Shown here piece after piece: positions 39,502 through 50,935 of a stretch of DNA of 64,000 nucleotides. The first letter of the stretch is position 1. The number at the start of each line of letters is the position of its first letter. Origin of the DNA: an uncultured delta proteobacterium (GTDB lineage: Bacteria > Desulfobacterota > Binatia > UBA9968); contig CAVXEP010000017.1 of the NCBI GenBank assembly GCA_963760795.1, positions 64,001-128,000 on the forward strand. Direction: 5' to 3'. The notes beneath the pieces are model-generated. The model made no database searches. It was not told the origin of the DNA and saw only the letters and a list, made by a program, of their open reading frames with translations. The translations under genes and the position numbers were made by a program.

Positions 39502-40788
39502 TTAACGCGGCGGGCCTTGGGTGGGCGGCGGCGACTGTTGTGGCCGTCGCAATCCTTCTTGCCGCTGGCGCTCGACGTCACGCTGAATCTCTTCCGGAGT
39601 CTTGCCCAATCTTTCGACTTCTAACTTGAGTTTCTTCTCTCTTTCAAGAAAAATCTCGAGCTCCAAGGACTTTTGGGTTCCCGACTGGTAAAAGACCGAA
39701 ATTGACGCGCGGCTATTCGATCCATCGCTGGAACGCGCCAGGACATCGATCTGATTCTTGCCCTCGACCACCGGCAATGCCGCCGCAAAAAAGCCGTCCG
39801 CCGCCAGACGTAAGTTCGGCGCCTTCTGCCCCGAGGTCTGGTTAACGATCTGGACGAAATCGACGCCGACGACGGAGATTTGATCCATGATCGCCAAGAC
39901 ATCAGCCGGGCGCGATAGCGGCGTGTAGGTGCCAGCGCTCTCCTTGGCGATCCCTTGAACCGCCCAAGGAAAATTAACAACCTCGTCGCCGAGGCCAAAC
40001 ACGTGAATTTTAATCCCGGCGCGGCCGGCCAATCGTGCGGCGTTGAGCGTCAGCTGCACATCGGTTTCGGCCACGCTCCTGCCATCACCGGTTGGTAATG
40101 ACGGTAAGCCGTCGGTCAAGAAAAACTGCGCTTTGATCGCATCTTGTCGTTTGGCGCTCTGGCCAAGTCCCAAAAGCTCAGTGATGCCAAGGCGGATGCC
40201 TTCCACCATGTTGGTACCGCCGTTGGGGCCAGCCCAATAAACTTCATCAAGCACTCGGCGCACTTGCTCGAAATCATTCGTCAGCGGCTGAACCAAGCGC
40301 GCATCTTTGGCGAAGGTAATGACACCGACGCGGGTAGTTTGGGAATTTAACTGGGTCAGCAAACGGCGCGAAGCCACGACCTCCGCGCCAAGAATTGAAT
40401 GGCGTAAGTTGATACGCGTTGGCTCGAAGGTAGGGGCGCCCATCCCCATGCCGCGCCGGGAAATGGAAATCTGCGGTTGCACGCTCGGCGCGCCGCCAAA
40501 AAGGTACTTATCCGGCAGCTCGGCTTGATTGGCAAATTCAGCGCCCGCGGAATTGACTGTACTACCGGAAGTATCGAGAACTAAAAATATATCGACATTG
40601 GCCGAACGTGAATTGTCGCTCGCGACTTTGCCGCTAATCAGGATCATCTTTTGATCTTCGGCGATCTGCGAACCGTCTTTGGGCGAAAGGATTTGAATCT
40701 TAGGCTCGGCGGACCAGCCCAGGCTCACCATGGCAGCGAGGAAAAAAGAAAGGGATAAAATAACCATTCGGGTCGATTTTTCGGTCAT
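39502..40788 (-). CDS. Exported von Willebrand A domain protein with Ig-like flanks
   Basis: Signal peptide; MIDAS DTSGS...GGTN...LTDG; ILSPKDG and VVEGKNQI Ig-like strands on either side. Confidence 0.85.
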   Translation of the reverse strand: MTEKSTRMVILSLSFFLAAMVSLGWSAEPKIQILSPKDGSQIAEDQKMILISGKVASDNSRSANVDIFLVLDTSGSTVNSAGAEFANQAELPDKYLFGGAPSVQPQISISRRGMGMGAPTFEPTRINLRHSILGAEVVASRRLLTQLNSQTTRVGVITFAKDARLVQPLTNDFEQVRRVLDEVYWAGPNGGTNMVEGIRLGITELLGLGQSAKRQDAIKAQFFLTDGLPSLPTGDGRSVAETDVQLTLNAARLAGRAGIKIHVFGLGDEVVNFPWAVQGIAKESAGTYTPLSRPADVLAIMDQISVVGVDFVQIVNQTSGQKAPNLRLAADGFFAAALPVVEGKNQIDVLARSSDGSNSRASISVFYQSGTQKSLELEIFLEREKKLKLEVERLGKTPEEIQRDVERQRQEGLRRPQQSPPPTQGPPR

Positions 40789-40906
40789 GCCATTCTTGCC
40801 CCCAAGGACTAAAACGCTAACACGAACCAGCTACCCTGTAAATGTCACCCGAGCCCCACCATCGAAACAGTACAACTGAGCGCGGCGCCGTGGTATAATC
40901 GTTGGT

Positions 40907-41689
40907 ATGATCATTAAGACGACCGCGACAGCGGCCCTGTTTGTGCTCTTATGGATCGGCGAGATCGAAGCGCAATACGTTTTGATTTTAAATAACGGTC
41001 GGCAAATCTCCGTACAGGATTACCGTGAAGAATCAGGAATGATCAAATTTCACGGGTTTGGCGGCGAGATCGGCATCAGCAAAAGTCAGGTCAAGGCGAT
41101 TCGCAAGTCTGCCGGGACGGCTGACGGGGGATTAACTATACCTGCTTCGATGCCGGAGCCCGTCAACACAGCGGATTCAAGTTCACCCTCTCCCTCTCCC
41201 TCGCCATCGGCGGCAAAACCGGAACCACCGCTGTCGCCGGAAGAACAACGAGCTAAGGAAGAGCAGGACTATCAACAGCAACTAATCGACGTCAACGAAC
41301 GACTTAAAGCGGCAAGGGATAGTTACTCCGAGACGATCCGTGGCACAACCAGTTCAGACCCGAGTCTGCTAACCACCGAAACGCAGATGAAAGCGCGCCA
41401 GGACGACATCGTTTCGCGCGCCCTCGATGCACAATACAAACCCAGCGATCCCGCCGGCACGAGACTGGTAACACCGTCACCGTTTAGTACTCTCCCACCA
41501 ACCATCGTCGATACCCGGCCCCCGCCCGAGGCTACGCCGCGTTACGACACCACCCTGCCACAATACACGCCGCGGCAAAAAGAGCTCAGCGAATTGCGCA
41601 GCCAGACCATCGATCTGGAGAAGGAACGAGATAGATTAATCGAAGAGATGAATAAGAAGAATTTTGGCAGCGGCAAGCTGTTTGAATAA
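40907..41689 (+). CDS. Exported hypothetical protein with Pro/Ser linker and coiled coils
   Basis: Signal peptide, small N-terminal beta domain (LNNGRQI), SPSPSP linker, heptad-rich segments. Confidence 0.65.
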   Translation: MIIKTTATAALFVLLWIGEIEAQYVLILNNGRQISVQDYREESGMIKFHGFGGEIGISKSQVKAIRKSAGTADGGLTIPASMPEPVNTADSSSPSPSPSPSAAKPEPPLSPEEQRAKEEQDYQQQLIDVNERLKAARDSYSETIRGTTSSDPSLLTTETQMKARQDDIVSRALDAQYKPSDPAGTRLVTPSPFSTLPPTIVDTRPPPEATPRYDTTLPQYTPRQKELSELRSQTIDLEKERDRLIEEMNKKNFGSGKLFE

Positions 41690-41701
41690 CATTTTTTTCG
41701 C

Positions 41702-42142
41702 CTATTGGCGCGCGACGGCCGCACGCAATCCCAACAGATAACTGTCCAATCCGAATCCCGTAATTTGTCCAACCGCCACCTCGGCGATAAACGAGTGATG
41801 GCGAAATTGCTCGCGCTTATGAATGTTGGAAATGTGAATTTCGATGGTCGGAATACCCACTGCGGAAATCGCATCGCGCATTGCCAGGCTCGTGTGAGTG
41901 TAGGCCGCCGGATTAATCACGATGGCGGCGAAATTGCCGGCCGCTTGTTGAATCCAGGTCACCAACTCGCCTTCGTTATTGGATTGGCGAAAGTCGATCT
42001 CCACCGCTAATTCCTTGGCTAAGGCTCGCACGTGTTTTTCGATCTGCGCGAGCGTCAGCTTTCCATATATCTCCGGCTGACGAGTTCCCAAAAGATTTAG
42101 GTTAGGTCCGTTGAGGATCAGAATTTTCTGTTTCTTCGCCAT
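41702..42142 (-). CDS. aroQ: Type II 3-dehydroquinate dehydratase
   Basis: [39 protein letters not shown]. Confidence 0.96.
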   Translation of the reverse strand: MAKKQKILILNGPNLNLLGTRQPEIYGKLTLAQIEKHVRALAKELAVEIDFRQSNNEGELVTWIQQAAGNFAAIVINPAAYTHTSLAMRDAISAVGIPTIEIHISNIHKREQFRHHSFIAEVAVGQITGFGLDSYLLGLRAAVARQ

Positions 42143-42181
42143 CGCTGCTTTCCGCTTTCCGCTAGCCTTGGGTAACCGTGA

Positions 42182-43261
42182 CTAAGCACCGAGCCCGCGC
42201 AAGATTTCGCTTGGCACCAACCAGTGAAATCGCGTTTTGCCGATCCCTTCGCACATCACGAACTTGATTGCGCCGCCGGCAGCCTTCTTGTCGACTTCCA
42301 TCGCTTGAATTAAGCCCGTCAGTGAAACATCGGCAGGGATATCGCTTGGCAGTCCGGCGTTGGCGATCAACTGAACGATGCGCTGGAAACTCTGAGCATC
42401 GCAAAAACCGTGGCGCTCCGACAATAGCGCAGCTTTAGCCATGCCGACTGCCACCGCTTCACCGTGGAAAAACTGGGTATAACCGGTGACTGCTTCCAAG
42501 GCGTGGCCGATGGTGTGACCGAAGTTGAGCACGGCACGATAGTCGTCTTCGCGCTCGTCGGCTTCGACAACCCGCGCTTTGATGGCACAGGAAGTCGCGA
42601 TCGTCTCGATCAGTAAATCTTCATCGAGCCGCGCAAGCGCAGCGATTTTTTGCTCAAGCAGGCGAAAGAACTGAGCGTCTTCAATGACACCGTATTTAAT
42701 CACTTCGGCCAGACCGGCGCAGAGTTCCCGGCGCGGCAGCGTGCGCAACACCGAGACATCGATCAACACCAGTTTCGGTTGATAAAAAGCGCCGATCAGG
42801 TTCTTACCATCGGCATGGTTGACACCGGTTTTACCGCCAACGCTGGAGTCCACCTGGGCCAACAACGTCGTCGGCACCTGGACATAGGGCACGCCGCGCA
42901 TATATGTCGCCGCGGCGAAACCGGCCATGTCGCCGACCACACCGCCGCCCAGCGCAAGCACACAGGATTTGCGCTCGAAGCGCTGGGCGATCAGGCGGTC
43001 GTAAATGGTTTGCAACGATTGGACGGTCTTGTGTTCTTCGCCGTCGGGAATGAGAACTGGGGTGACCTCGAATCCCGATTCCTTTAGGGTATTGCCGACG
43101 ATATCGAGATAGAGCTGGGCCACAGTTGGATTGGTCACCACCGCGACTTTGCCGCGCAGCCCCGCTTGTTCGAGAAACTCGCCGATGCGAGCCAAATTAC
43201 CGGCACCGATATGGATCGGGTACGAGCGATCGCCAAGATTGACGGTAAGGCTTTGCATCAT
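42182..43261 (-). CDS. aroB: 3-dehydroquinate synthase
   Basis: GGGVVGD, PTTLLAQVDSSVGGKTG, KNLIGAFYQP, LNFGHT.GH. Confidence 0.96.
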   Translation of the reverse strand: MMQSLTVNLGDRSYPIHIGAGNLARIGEFLEQAGLRGKVAVVTNPTVAQLYLDIVGNTLKESGFEVTPVLIPDGEEHKTVQSLQTIYDRLIAQRFERKSCVLALGGGVVGDMAGFAAATYMRGVPYVQVPTTLLAQVDSSVGGKTGVNHADGKNLIGAFYQPKLVLIDVSVLRTLPRRELCAGLAEVIKYGVIEDAQFFRLLEQKIAALARLDEDLLIETIATSCAIKARVVEADEREDDYRAVLNFGHTIGHALEAVTGYTQFFHGEAVAVGMAKAALLSERHGFCDAQSFQRIVQLIANAGLPSDIPADVSLTGLIQAMEVDKKAAGGAIKFVMCEGIGKTRFHWLVPSEILRGLGA

Positions 43262-43262
43262 T

Positions 43263-43781
43263 TTATCGAAACCTGTCAACCGCTGCCACGATCTGGTCGA
43301 CCACCTGTTCAAGTGTCAATTCACTGGTATCGACGGTTAGGTGAGCTTGAGCGTATTTATCGGCCCGGCATGCCATCAGCTCTTCGATGCGCTCACGCCG
43401 ATTGGGTCCCTTGAGCAGCGGTCTCTTGGCTCCATTACCCACTCGCGCCAGGATTGTCTCCGTCGATGCGGTCAAGCAGACGAGCAGCGTTTTATCTTTG
43501 AGCAATTGAAGATTTTCCTCGTCCATCACCACGCCGCCGCCGGTAGCGATTACATTTCCTGGCTGCTGCACCAAGTCGGCGAGCGCCTGCTTTTCCAATT
43601 CGCGAAAGTACGGCTCGCCTTTTAGCTCGAAGATTTCACGAACCTTGAGGCCGGCACGCTTTTCGATCATGCGGTCGAGATCGATAAATCGCCGGCGCAA
43701 CCGTTTGGCCAGATTGCGCCCCACGGCGCTCTTGCCCGCCGCCATGAAACCGATCAACGCAATGTTCTCCAGGTCCGGCAA
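43263..43781 (-). CDS. aroK: Shikimate kinase
   Basis: GFMAAGKS P-loop, DLD, GEPYFRELE, ATGGG, RPLL. Confidence 0.94.
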   Translation of the reverse strand: MPDLENIALIGFMAAGKSAVGRNLAKRLRRRFIDLDRMIEKRAGLKVREIFELKGEPYFRELEKQALADLVQQPGNVIATGGGVVMDEENLQLLKDKTLLVCLTASTETILARVGNGAKRPLLKGPNRRERIEELMACRADKYAQAHLTVDTSELTLEQVVDQIVAAVDRFR

Positions 43782-43783
43782 GT

Positions 43784-44981
43784 TCAGTAGTTTTTGATCT
43801 GCTCGAGATAGTTTTCGTAATTGCGTTTGATCTCGCGCAGGGAGTCGCCGCCGAATTTTTCCAGAAACGCTTTGGCCACTTCAAAGGCGACCACGACTCT
43901 CGCCTACCACCGCGGCGGCCGGTGCGGCGCAGACATCCGAGCGTTCCACTGAGGCATCGGTGGGTTGCTTCGAGCGCGTGTCGACAGATTGCAACGGACT
44001 CATCAGGGTCGAGATCGGTTTCATCGCCACGCGTACGACAAGTGGCGAACCGTTGGTCATGCCACCTTCAGTGCCACCTGAGTTGTTGCTGCCACGATAA
44101 AAACCGGTGGGGACGATGCGCGGTGTGCTTTCGGTCACCATTTTGGCCGGATCGAAAAAAATCTCGTCATGGACTTGCGATCCACGGCGGCGCGCCATTT
44201 CGAAACCGAGACCAATCTCCACGCCTTTCATTGCCTGAATGCTCATCAATGCCTGCGACAGCCGGCCGTCGAGCTTGCGGTCCCACTGCGTGTGGCTACC
44301 TAGACCAGGCGGTAGACCGAGGGTGACGACTTCAAACACGCCGCCCAGAGTATTGCCTTCTTTTTTGCACTCCTCGATGAGCGCGATCATTTTTTCTTCG
44401 GCGTTTTTGTCGGCGGTGCGCACTGGCGACTCTTCGGCGCGTTCAAAGGTCTCACCGTAGGTCAGCCCATCCAGATTGGCGGTAATCCCGCCGAGGGAAC
44501 GAATATAGCCCATGATGCGAATGCCAAATGGCGCGAGCAACTGCTTAGCAAAGGAACCAACCGCGGTTCGAGCGACAGTTTCGCGGGCACTAGCCCGCTC
44601 AAGAATATCGCGAATATCGGTTCGGTCGTATTTGAGCACACCGTTCAGGTCGGCGTGGCCTGGCCGTGGCTTGGTGACAGCGATGTTATCGTCGCGGTCT
44701 TCTGGTTTCGCGGACATTTTCTTTGTCCAGTTTTTCCAATCACGGTTCTCAATGCCCAAAGCGATCGGCGATCCCATGGTCTCGCCCCAACGGATGCCAG
44801 AACGAATCTCCGCCTCGTCTTTTTCGATAAGCATGCGGCCGCCCCGGCCATAGCCCTGCTGACGGCGCCAAAGATCCTGATTGATTTGAGAGATCTCAAC
44901 CGGAAAACCGGCCGGCACCCCATCGATAATCATGGTTAGGCAGGGGCCATGCGACTCCCCCGCGGTGAAGTAGCGCAACAT
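43784..44981 (-). CDS. aroC: Chorismate synthase (frameshift near 43897)
   Basis: TAGESHG, PRPGHAD, ERASARET, KPISTL, ERSD; C-terminus (AFEVAKAFLEKFGGDS) continues in another frame to TGA at 43784. Confidence 0.94.
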
Positions 44982-45073
44982 GGGCGTATCCTACATTATC
45001 ACGCCACGCAGTGCCATAATGGGCGGAGCTACGCCCAAACCCGAATCAGGGATAGGACACAAAAGGCAACGAG

Positions 45074-45748
45074 CTATTTACCGACTAGGATGAGTTCAAA
45101 ATCGCGGTCGTTGCTAAAACTTTTGAAAGAGGGATCGTTTCTCACTGAAGCCAGGTCTTTGTAGCCCTGTCGGCGCGCTCGATCGAGCCACTGCAAGGCT
45201 GCGTCGCGGTTACCGTAGTGTGCGTGTAGGCGGGCTACCTGAAAACTCGCCTGAGGATCCTTGGGATTTATCGCGGCAGCATTCTCCGCCCTTTGAATTT
45301 GTGCCTGGCGTTCTTGAATCGCTGCTTTGTTCTTCCTAGCGGTTGCTAGATTGTTTATTGCGCCGCCATTGTTGGGATCGATTCTGCTGGCGCTGTCAAA
45401 CGCCGCGATCGCCTCATCGTAGCGCCCCTGCTTGTCGTAGAGCACGCCGAGGTTATTATAGGCGAAATAGCTGTTCGGGTGGGTTTCTGTAACTCGTCGA
45501 TATTCAGCGATGGCCTCGTCCGCTGAACCCAGTCGGTCGTAAGCGAAGGCCAAATGCAATCGCACCTCGGCGTCCGCGGAATTTTTCTGCAGTGATCGCT
45601 GCAACTCAGGAATAGCTTCTCGAAGACTGCCTTGGCGAAATAGCTCCAATGCCCGCTGCCGCGCTGGGATTTGTGAATCTTCGGACTGGGCACCCGCGCC
45701 GCCAGCTGCGATCACTAGACCGAGAAAAACCACCCCGGGAAGTCGCAT
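45074..45748 (-). CDS. Exported TPR-repeat protein
   Basis: Signal peptide, TPRs (AYNNLGVLY..QGRYDEAI), C-terminal capping TPR (ALQWLDRA..GY..DPSF); ATG overlaps the pilY1 stop. Confidence 0.85.
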   Translation of the reverse strand: MRLPGVVFLGLVIAAGGAGAQSEDSQIPARQRALELFRQGSLREAIPELQRSLQKNSADAEVRLHLAFAYDRLGSADEAIAEYRRVTETHPNSYFAYNNLGVLYDKQGRYDEAIAAFDSASRIDPNNGGAINNLATARKNKAAIQERQAQIQRAENAAAINPKDPQASFQVARLHAHYGNRDAALQWLDRARRQGYKDLASVRNDPSFKSFSNDRDFELILVGK

Positions 45749-48650
45749 CAAAACACCTCGCGCCAACCGATTAGCTTGCGTAGCGCGACCAGAGGTATCT
45801 GCGTCGTTGAGATCTGCTGGTTCGTCGTACCAGATATTACGTAGGGTGTTCCCTGATTGCCCTGCTGACTCATGATGATGATCGGTTTGGACGGAATACC
45901 TGATCCGATAGTCTTGGCCAGCGTTAAAGCCGCGGTTCCGGCAACAGCAACCGCCCCAGTCGTCAAGTTGAGCGCGGCGTCACCGGTAGTCATGTTGATC
46001 GAGTACAGCTTAGCATCACCGCCACCACCGCCACAGACCGCCGCGGTCGACGGCGTGAAACTGGTAAAAAGCACCACGGAATTAAACACATCCGCCGATG
46101 CTAGAATTTTTTCATTGCTATTCAGGGGCACATACCAGCCTTGGGTAACCGTCCCAGTCCCGCTGCTGACATTGGTCAAACTGGATTCTGTCAAAGTACT
46201 CCCATTGGCCATTGTCGTATTTTCCTTGATCCCATAGAAACGATTCGACGCCGTACTGTTCGGGTGATAGCGGTCGCCGGAGCCGATGAACAGCCATAGA
46301 TTGCTATTAGCGTCGTAGGCGAGCGTGGGCGGGGAATACATCCCTTGAGCAGGATAATACTGTCCCGCGGCGGGCGGATTGGTTTGACTCGATGCCGCGG
46401 CGAATAATCGTTTGCCCATCCAGCAATCGGTGTCCGTAATCGACGAGCAGTTCTTCACCGTCCCGCTAACAAGGGACGCCGCTTTGGACATATCGAACTT
46501 CCACATTTGCCCGCCGACGTCGGCGATATAAACACGGTCGATATAACCATCGCCATTGAGATCCACCGCCGTAGGCGAGGCCGGGAGACTAAAATTCATC
46601 TGGGCAGCGTCCGCCGAGTTCGCCACGGATGCCGAGAATTCCCATAACTTGGCCCCATTCGACAGGTCGATCACAAAAAAGGCTTCACTGACAACGTTGC
46701 CGCTATCGTAATTGGCGAACGTGCTATCGAAACCACCGCCGACAAACGCAACCCACTTGTCGGTGCCATCCGACATTTTGATTTTTCCGATCGCCGGCTC
46801 CGACCAGGTCTCGCCCAATCGCGCGTGGCTGAAGCTCCACAGATATAGCGGATTGGTGGTATCGGTGATGTCGAGAGCATAGTAGTTGTTACCGCCGCGG
46901 CGCTGACCGAAGACGACGATGGTTTTCCAGCTGCCGCCGATCTTGACATCGGCAGCAATCGGACTGGAGTCCACCGTATATTCGTGTGTGCCGTTATGTG
47001 CCGTCATGTCATTCAGATCGTCGAGGACATGCGGCGGGATAAAGCCCCACAATTCAGCGCCGTCGCTTTCTTGAAATGCGTGCAGCACGCCATCGTTCGC
47101 CCCGGCGATCAGTACGGAAGTGCGACTGGCTTGAGCCGATTTAAAGGTATTGTAGGTTGCATCGGACGACGCCCGGAACGGTGGCGACACCAAAACAGGG
47201 GTCGAGTGAAAAATATCGCCGAGCTTCCATGGGCGATCTTCCATTGTATTTATGCCATCGCCGTCCTCATCATTCGTATCCGGCGTACCACGTATAAAAT
47301 TGATCACCCTGTTCTTTTCTGTACTACCTGAGACGCCCAACAAAGTATCGGTAACAGCCGAATTGCTGGTTGTGAAACTTTCCCTTGTGCCACTAACTAC
47401 AGTGTAGAGGGTTCTGCTTGCCGGTGTCTTGATGCTCAGCGCTTGGCCGGCGTCCCAGGCCGGCGTCCCGGAAGGCAGTCCGTTAACGTCAACCGGTATC
47501 AGCCCATTGGAGTCGCGGTTATATGCCTTCAAGTAGCCCTGCCAGAACGGGCGCGAGGGATTGGACTGAAACGATGCCAGATACGCTCGGCTCGTGCCGC
47601 TCGTCCCGGTGGTCGGCACCACCGGCGTCGCGAATGAAAACGTCGCCGCCATGATCTGGCTGATCGCATCCTCCAGCGCTTGCTCCAGCGCCGTTTCAGT
47701 GGTCGCGGTGTAGTAACTGCCGCCGCCGTTCTTGGCAGCGTCTTGAAGATTCGTCGTTCCACCCGCGGCGATGTCCGCCGCGGAAAGACCAAAACCTACC
47801 GTATGAACGATGACATTCTGCTTGCCGGTGAAACTGCCAGCATGGTCCTCGGTGTAGCGGTTGGCCGCTTCCGTGCGCACATCCAGCGAACCGTTTTGAA
47901 TACCGTCCGTCATCAAAATAACGAAGTTAGGCTGGCACTCATATTGAATCGGAGAACTGTAGCCGGTGTAGGTTCCCTTGTAATAATTGCCGGCATCCCG
48001 CAATTGTTCCCCAAGTGGCGTGATACCGGTAGGCGTGAGCGTGTCGATCGCCGCCAATATCGTGGCCTTGCTCGATCCGACTTCCGCCAACATGGTAGCG
48101 CCGTTGGGGCTGTATTTAAACTTCATCACGCCGAAGCGAACACCATCGACGTTGTTGATCAGGTTTTTGACCACGCGCTTGGCAACGACGATCTTCTGTT
48201 CAGGCGTAGAACAGCTCGAGCACGCTTTATAATTAAGATAGTTTCCCAGAAATAGGTCGACGTTAGATCCTGAAATACTGCCGCTCCAAAACCCTGAGGC
48301 GGATAACGCCGTTCGTGCCGCGGAACTGTTCACCTGGGCAACCGTGTTGGTGTAAACTTTGTAGCAGGGCTTGGGATTGGGTTTACAGTCCTTCTTAGAC
48401 GTGTATTTGCGATAAACTTTGTTGGTGCTGTAATCGAGAGGTGTACTGTACGTCGTGCTAGAGGCGTAACCGCTAGCGGGCACTGTGTCGCTCATACTCC
48501 CGGAATTGTCGAACAGGATCAAAACGTTGGGCGAAATATTGCTGCCGAAGATATCGCTATCGTCGGCTTTAGCTATACGCACATGGCTGACGTTCAAGAA
48601 TATAATGCAAACGATCTGGACCAACGCTAAGAACTTTTTCTAAGTGTCAT
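45748..48650 (-). CDS. pilY1: Type IV pilus adhesin PilY1 (VWA + beta-propeller)
   Basis: LFDNSGSM MIDAS, TPLGE, LGDIFHSTP, GANDG.LHAF, GAELWGFIP, YALDIT, LGETWSEP, DLNGDGYID; start needs a homopolymer correction near 48637. Confidence 0.9.
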
Positions 48651-48661
48651 ACATGATACTC

Positions 48662-49148
48662 CTACTGGGCGACTGGACCGTACAGCGCGAGGGCTTCGAC
48701 CTCGCGCGCAGCCGTTTCAGAACCAATCGACGGACAACCGGATGCAAGGCTATAAGTGCCGGTAACATTGACTTGATACTGATAGAACGAATAACCGGAA
48801 CGTTGTAGACCCGTCCCGGACCCCAGCGAGTAGCCCACCTTGGGTCTTCAGGGTCGGAGTCATGGACGACGGTGTGCCGTCCCGTTTGCCAAAGCGGTAA
48901 CAAAGGTTATTGCCCAAAGTCACCGGTGTTGATGACGGTGTCGCGCCGGGAGTGACCGACAGGGCGATGGCCAACATGCCCGTATCGGCGGCGTTGAATG
49001 CTCTCGTACCGGTGCGGTAGTTCATCGCCACTTTGGTGTTGATCCCGCTAAAAATGAGTCCGGCGCCGATCACCGTGAGTAGTATCGCCATCACCATCAA
49101 CACGACGACGAGGCTGATGCCTTGATTACTGTTTAGCCTGGCTTTCAT
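48662..49148 (-). CDS. pilX: PilX-like minor pilin (frameshifted)
   Basis: QGISLVVVLMVM prepilin lacking Glu5, RAFNAADTG; C-terminus (VEALALYGPVAQ) in another frame. Confidence 0.72.
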
Positions 49149-49186
49149 GCTTTCCTCTCGAAAGGTTTTCGCCCGTCCTTTGACGG

Positions 49187-49828
49187 TCAGACTCCATGGT
49201 TCCGCAAATCCGCGGTCAACGACATGGTCACCGGCGAACCGGTAAAGTTGCTATCGGTGCTCTTCGGCGCGACGGTTAGCGAGATGGTGATCTTCTGCAC
49301 GGTCTTATAGTTTGACGACAGAGTCCCACTGCAACCGGACGGCACATTAGTTGAGACGCAGAAGGGCGCCGGCGCGCTGCTCGTTGTTTGCTGCGGATAA
49401 TAGGTAAACGCTACCGCCGTAACGTTTCCATCCGAAAGCGCTACACCGTTACGCGTGACGTTCTTATTGGCGGTATCGTAGGCAAAGGCGATGATCTCGT
49501 CATCGCCACTGCACGCGCCATTGCTGTTTTTATCGTATTGAATGGTTATTCCCGTGGCCGTTGCCGCCGTGATCCCGCCCGTTGCATCGCACGCGGTGGA
49601 TGGAAAATATCCCGCGTTCCTGACTTCCCGCACCACCATGTCGTTCACCGTCAGCGCGTATTCGTTCGCTTCCATTTTGCTTTCTTGGCCTTTGACCGTA
49701 TGGGATTGGGCGCGAAACAAGCTGCCGACGCCGGCCAACACGAACAGAGATAATCCCATGGAAACCATAAGTTCCGTCAGGGTAAATCCCCGCTCGTTTT
49801 TAAGCGCTAGGGATGGCCATGTTGTCAT
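49187..49828 (-). CDS. pilW: PilW-like minor pilin
   Basis: RGFTLTELMVSM prepilin motif, EVRNAGY, C-terminal LRN. Confidence 0.8.
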   Translation of the reverse strand: MTTWPSLALKNERGFTLTELMVSMGLSLFVLAGVGSLFRAQSHTVKGQESKMEANEYALTVNDMVVREVRNAGYFPSTACDATGGITAATATGITIQYDKNSNGACSGDDEIIAFAYDTANKNVTRNGVALSDGNVTAVAFTYYPQQTTSSAPAPFCVSTNVPSGCSGTLSSNYKTVQKITISLTVAPKSTDSNFTGSPVTMSLTADLRNHGV

Positions 49829-49859
49829 TGGCTGAGCGTATGAAATTCATTGGTGCTTT

Positions 49860-50264
49860 TCACTGGGCGACCGATGAGGAGAATGTCAGACTTTGATTGG
49901 TATAGTCCTTCCAATCGATTTTGACGTCGATCTTATTCATACCAGCGGCTGGGGAGTTCGCCGTGATCATCCAACTTCGAGTATACGTGAAGCCTGACGC
50001 GGCCTGGGTATCAGAACACCCAGACGTCGAATAGTTTGGGCATGACAAGGCGGTAAAGGCTGTGTTTTTCATCGCTCTGATTTCTTCCAGCTTCGCCTGG
50101 GCAAGATTGATCGCGGCGGCATTCAAATGACTGTTGTTATTGGTCCGAGTGATTGTCACCGTACCCACGGCAAGACCGAGCACCGCGAAGGTGAAGATGG
50201 TCAAGGCGACCAATATTTCCACCAACGTGAATCCCGCCGAATTATTGAATTGTTTGAGTTTCAT
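49860..50264 (-). CDS. pilV: PilV-like minor pilin
   Basis: AGFTLVEILVAL prepilin motif, AINLAQAKLEE, YTRSW. Confidence 0.8.
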   Translation of the reverse strand: MKLKQFNNSAGFTLVEILVALTIFTFAVLGLAVGTVTITRTNNNSHLNAAAINLAQAKLEEIRAMKNTAFTALSCPNYSTSGCSDTQAASGFTYTRSWMITANSPAAGMNKIDVKIDWKDYTNQSLTFSSSVAQ

Positions 50265-50280
50265 CGGTTCGCCCGACAAT

Positions 50281-50748
50281 TTAGGTGCAAACGCTGTCCT
50301 GAATCTTGATTCTGCCGATCACGGTCACGCAGACCCACTTGTTCGTAGTGCCATTGCTCAGGCGAATTGTGGTCGCTGCCGGGACCGTGCCGCGGGTTTG
50401 AAACTGCGGCGAGGTCCCTGGGGGCGTTATGGTTATTCCCTCCGGTATCGCCATGTTGCCGCCATCGTTGGCGCAGGTTCCGTTGCAGCGCTGGACGATG
50501 TAAGTGGAAGTCGAGAAATTGATCTGATGAGGTATACTTTGGGCGATCGCTTTCATCCGCACCTGCTGCAACTCCGTGGCAACCTGGCGCGCTGCGTCAT
50601 TAAGCCGAAGCCTCGGCAAAGTGCTTCGAAAAGCCGGGATCGCGATGACCATCAACAGCCCGCCTACGCCCAGAGTTGCCATCAATTCGATCAGCGTGAA
50701 GCCACGACAATTAGTCGCGTGTTGGAAGATTCCCAGCCTCTTTTTCAT
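50281..50748 (-). CDS. FimT/FimU/GspH-like minor pilin
   Basis: RGFTLIELMATL, IAIPAF, AARQVATELQQVRMKA, F.TRG. Confidence 0.82.
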   Translation of the reverse strand: MKKRLGIFQHATNCRGFTLIELMATLGVGGLLMVIAIPAFRSTLPRLRLNDAARQVATELQQVRMKAIAQSIPHQINFSTSTYIVQRCNGTCANDGGNMAIPEGITITPPGTSPQFQTRGTVPAATTIRLSNGTTNKWVCVTVIGRIKIQDSVCT

Positions 50749-50806
50749 ACGTAAATTTCGCTTCGAGTGTCGCCGATAAATCATTGGTTTCTCGCTCCAC
50801 CGAATG

Positions 50807-50822
50807 AGCTATTAGCATGCCA
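50807..50822 (-). promoter_or_regulatory. Putative sigma-54 (-24/-12) promoter of the minor pilin operon
   Basis: TGGCATGCTAATAGCT on the minus strand, GG-N10-GC spacing. Confidence 0.6.
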
Positions 50823-50918
50823 AGCAAGCACGATCGCACTTTCAAGATGATCCCGGGAAATTGACGTAGTCTGGGAAGGTCAGAGTGATTCCGACGCTAG
50901 CCCCGGACCACTGAGGCA

Positions 50919-50935
50919 CTGACAATTTTTGTCAG
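50919..50935. promoter_or_regulatory. Palindromic enhancer-binding-protein site (PilR-like)
   Basis: CTGACAA-TTT-TTGTCAG perfect inverted repeat about 100 nt upstream of the -24 box. Confidence 0.55.
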
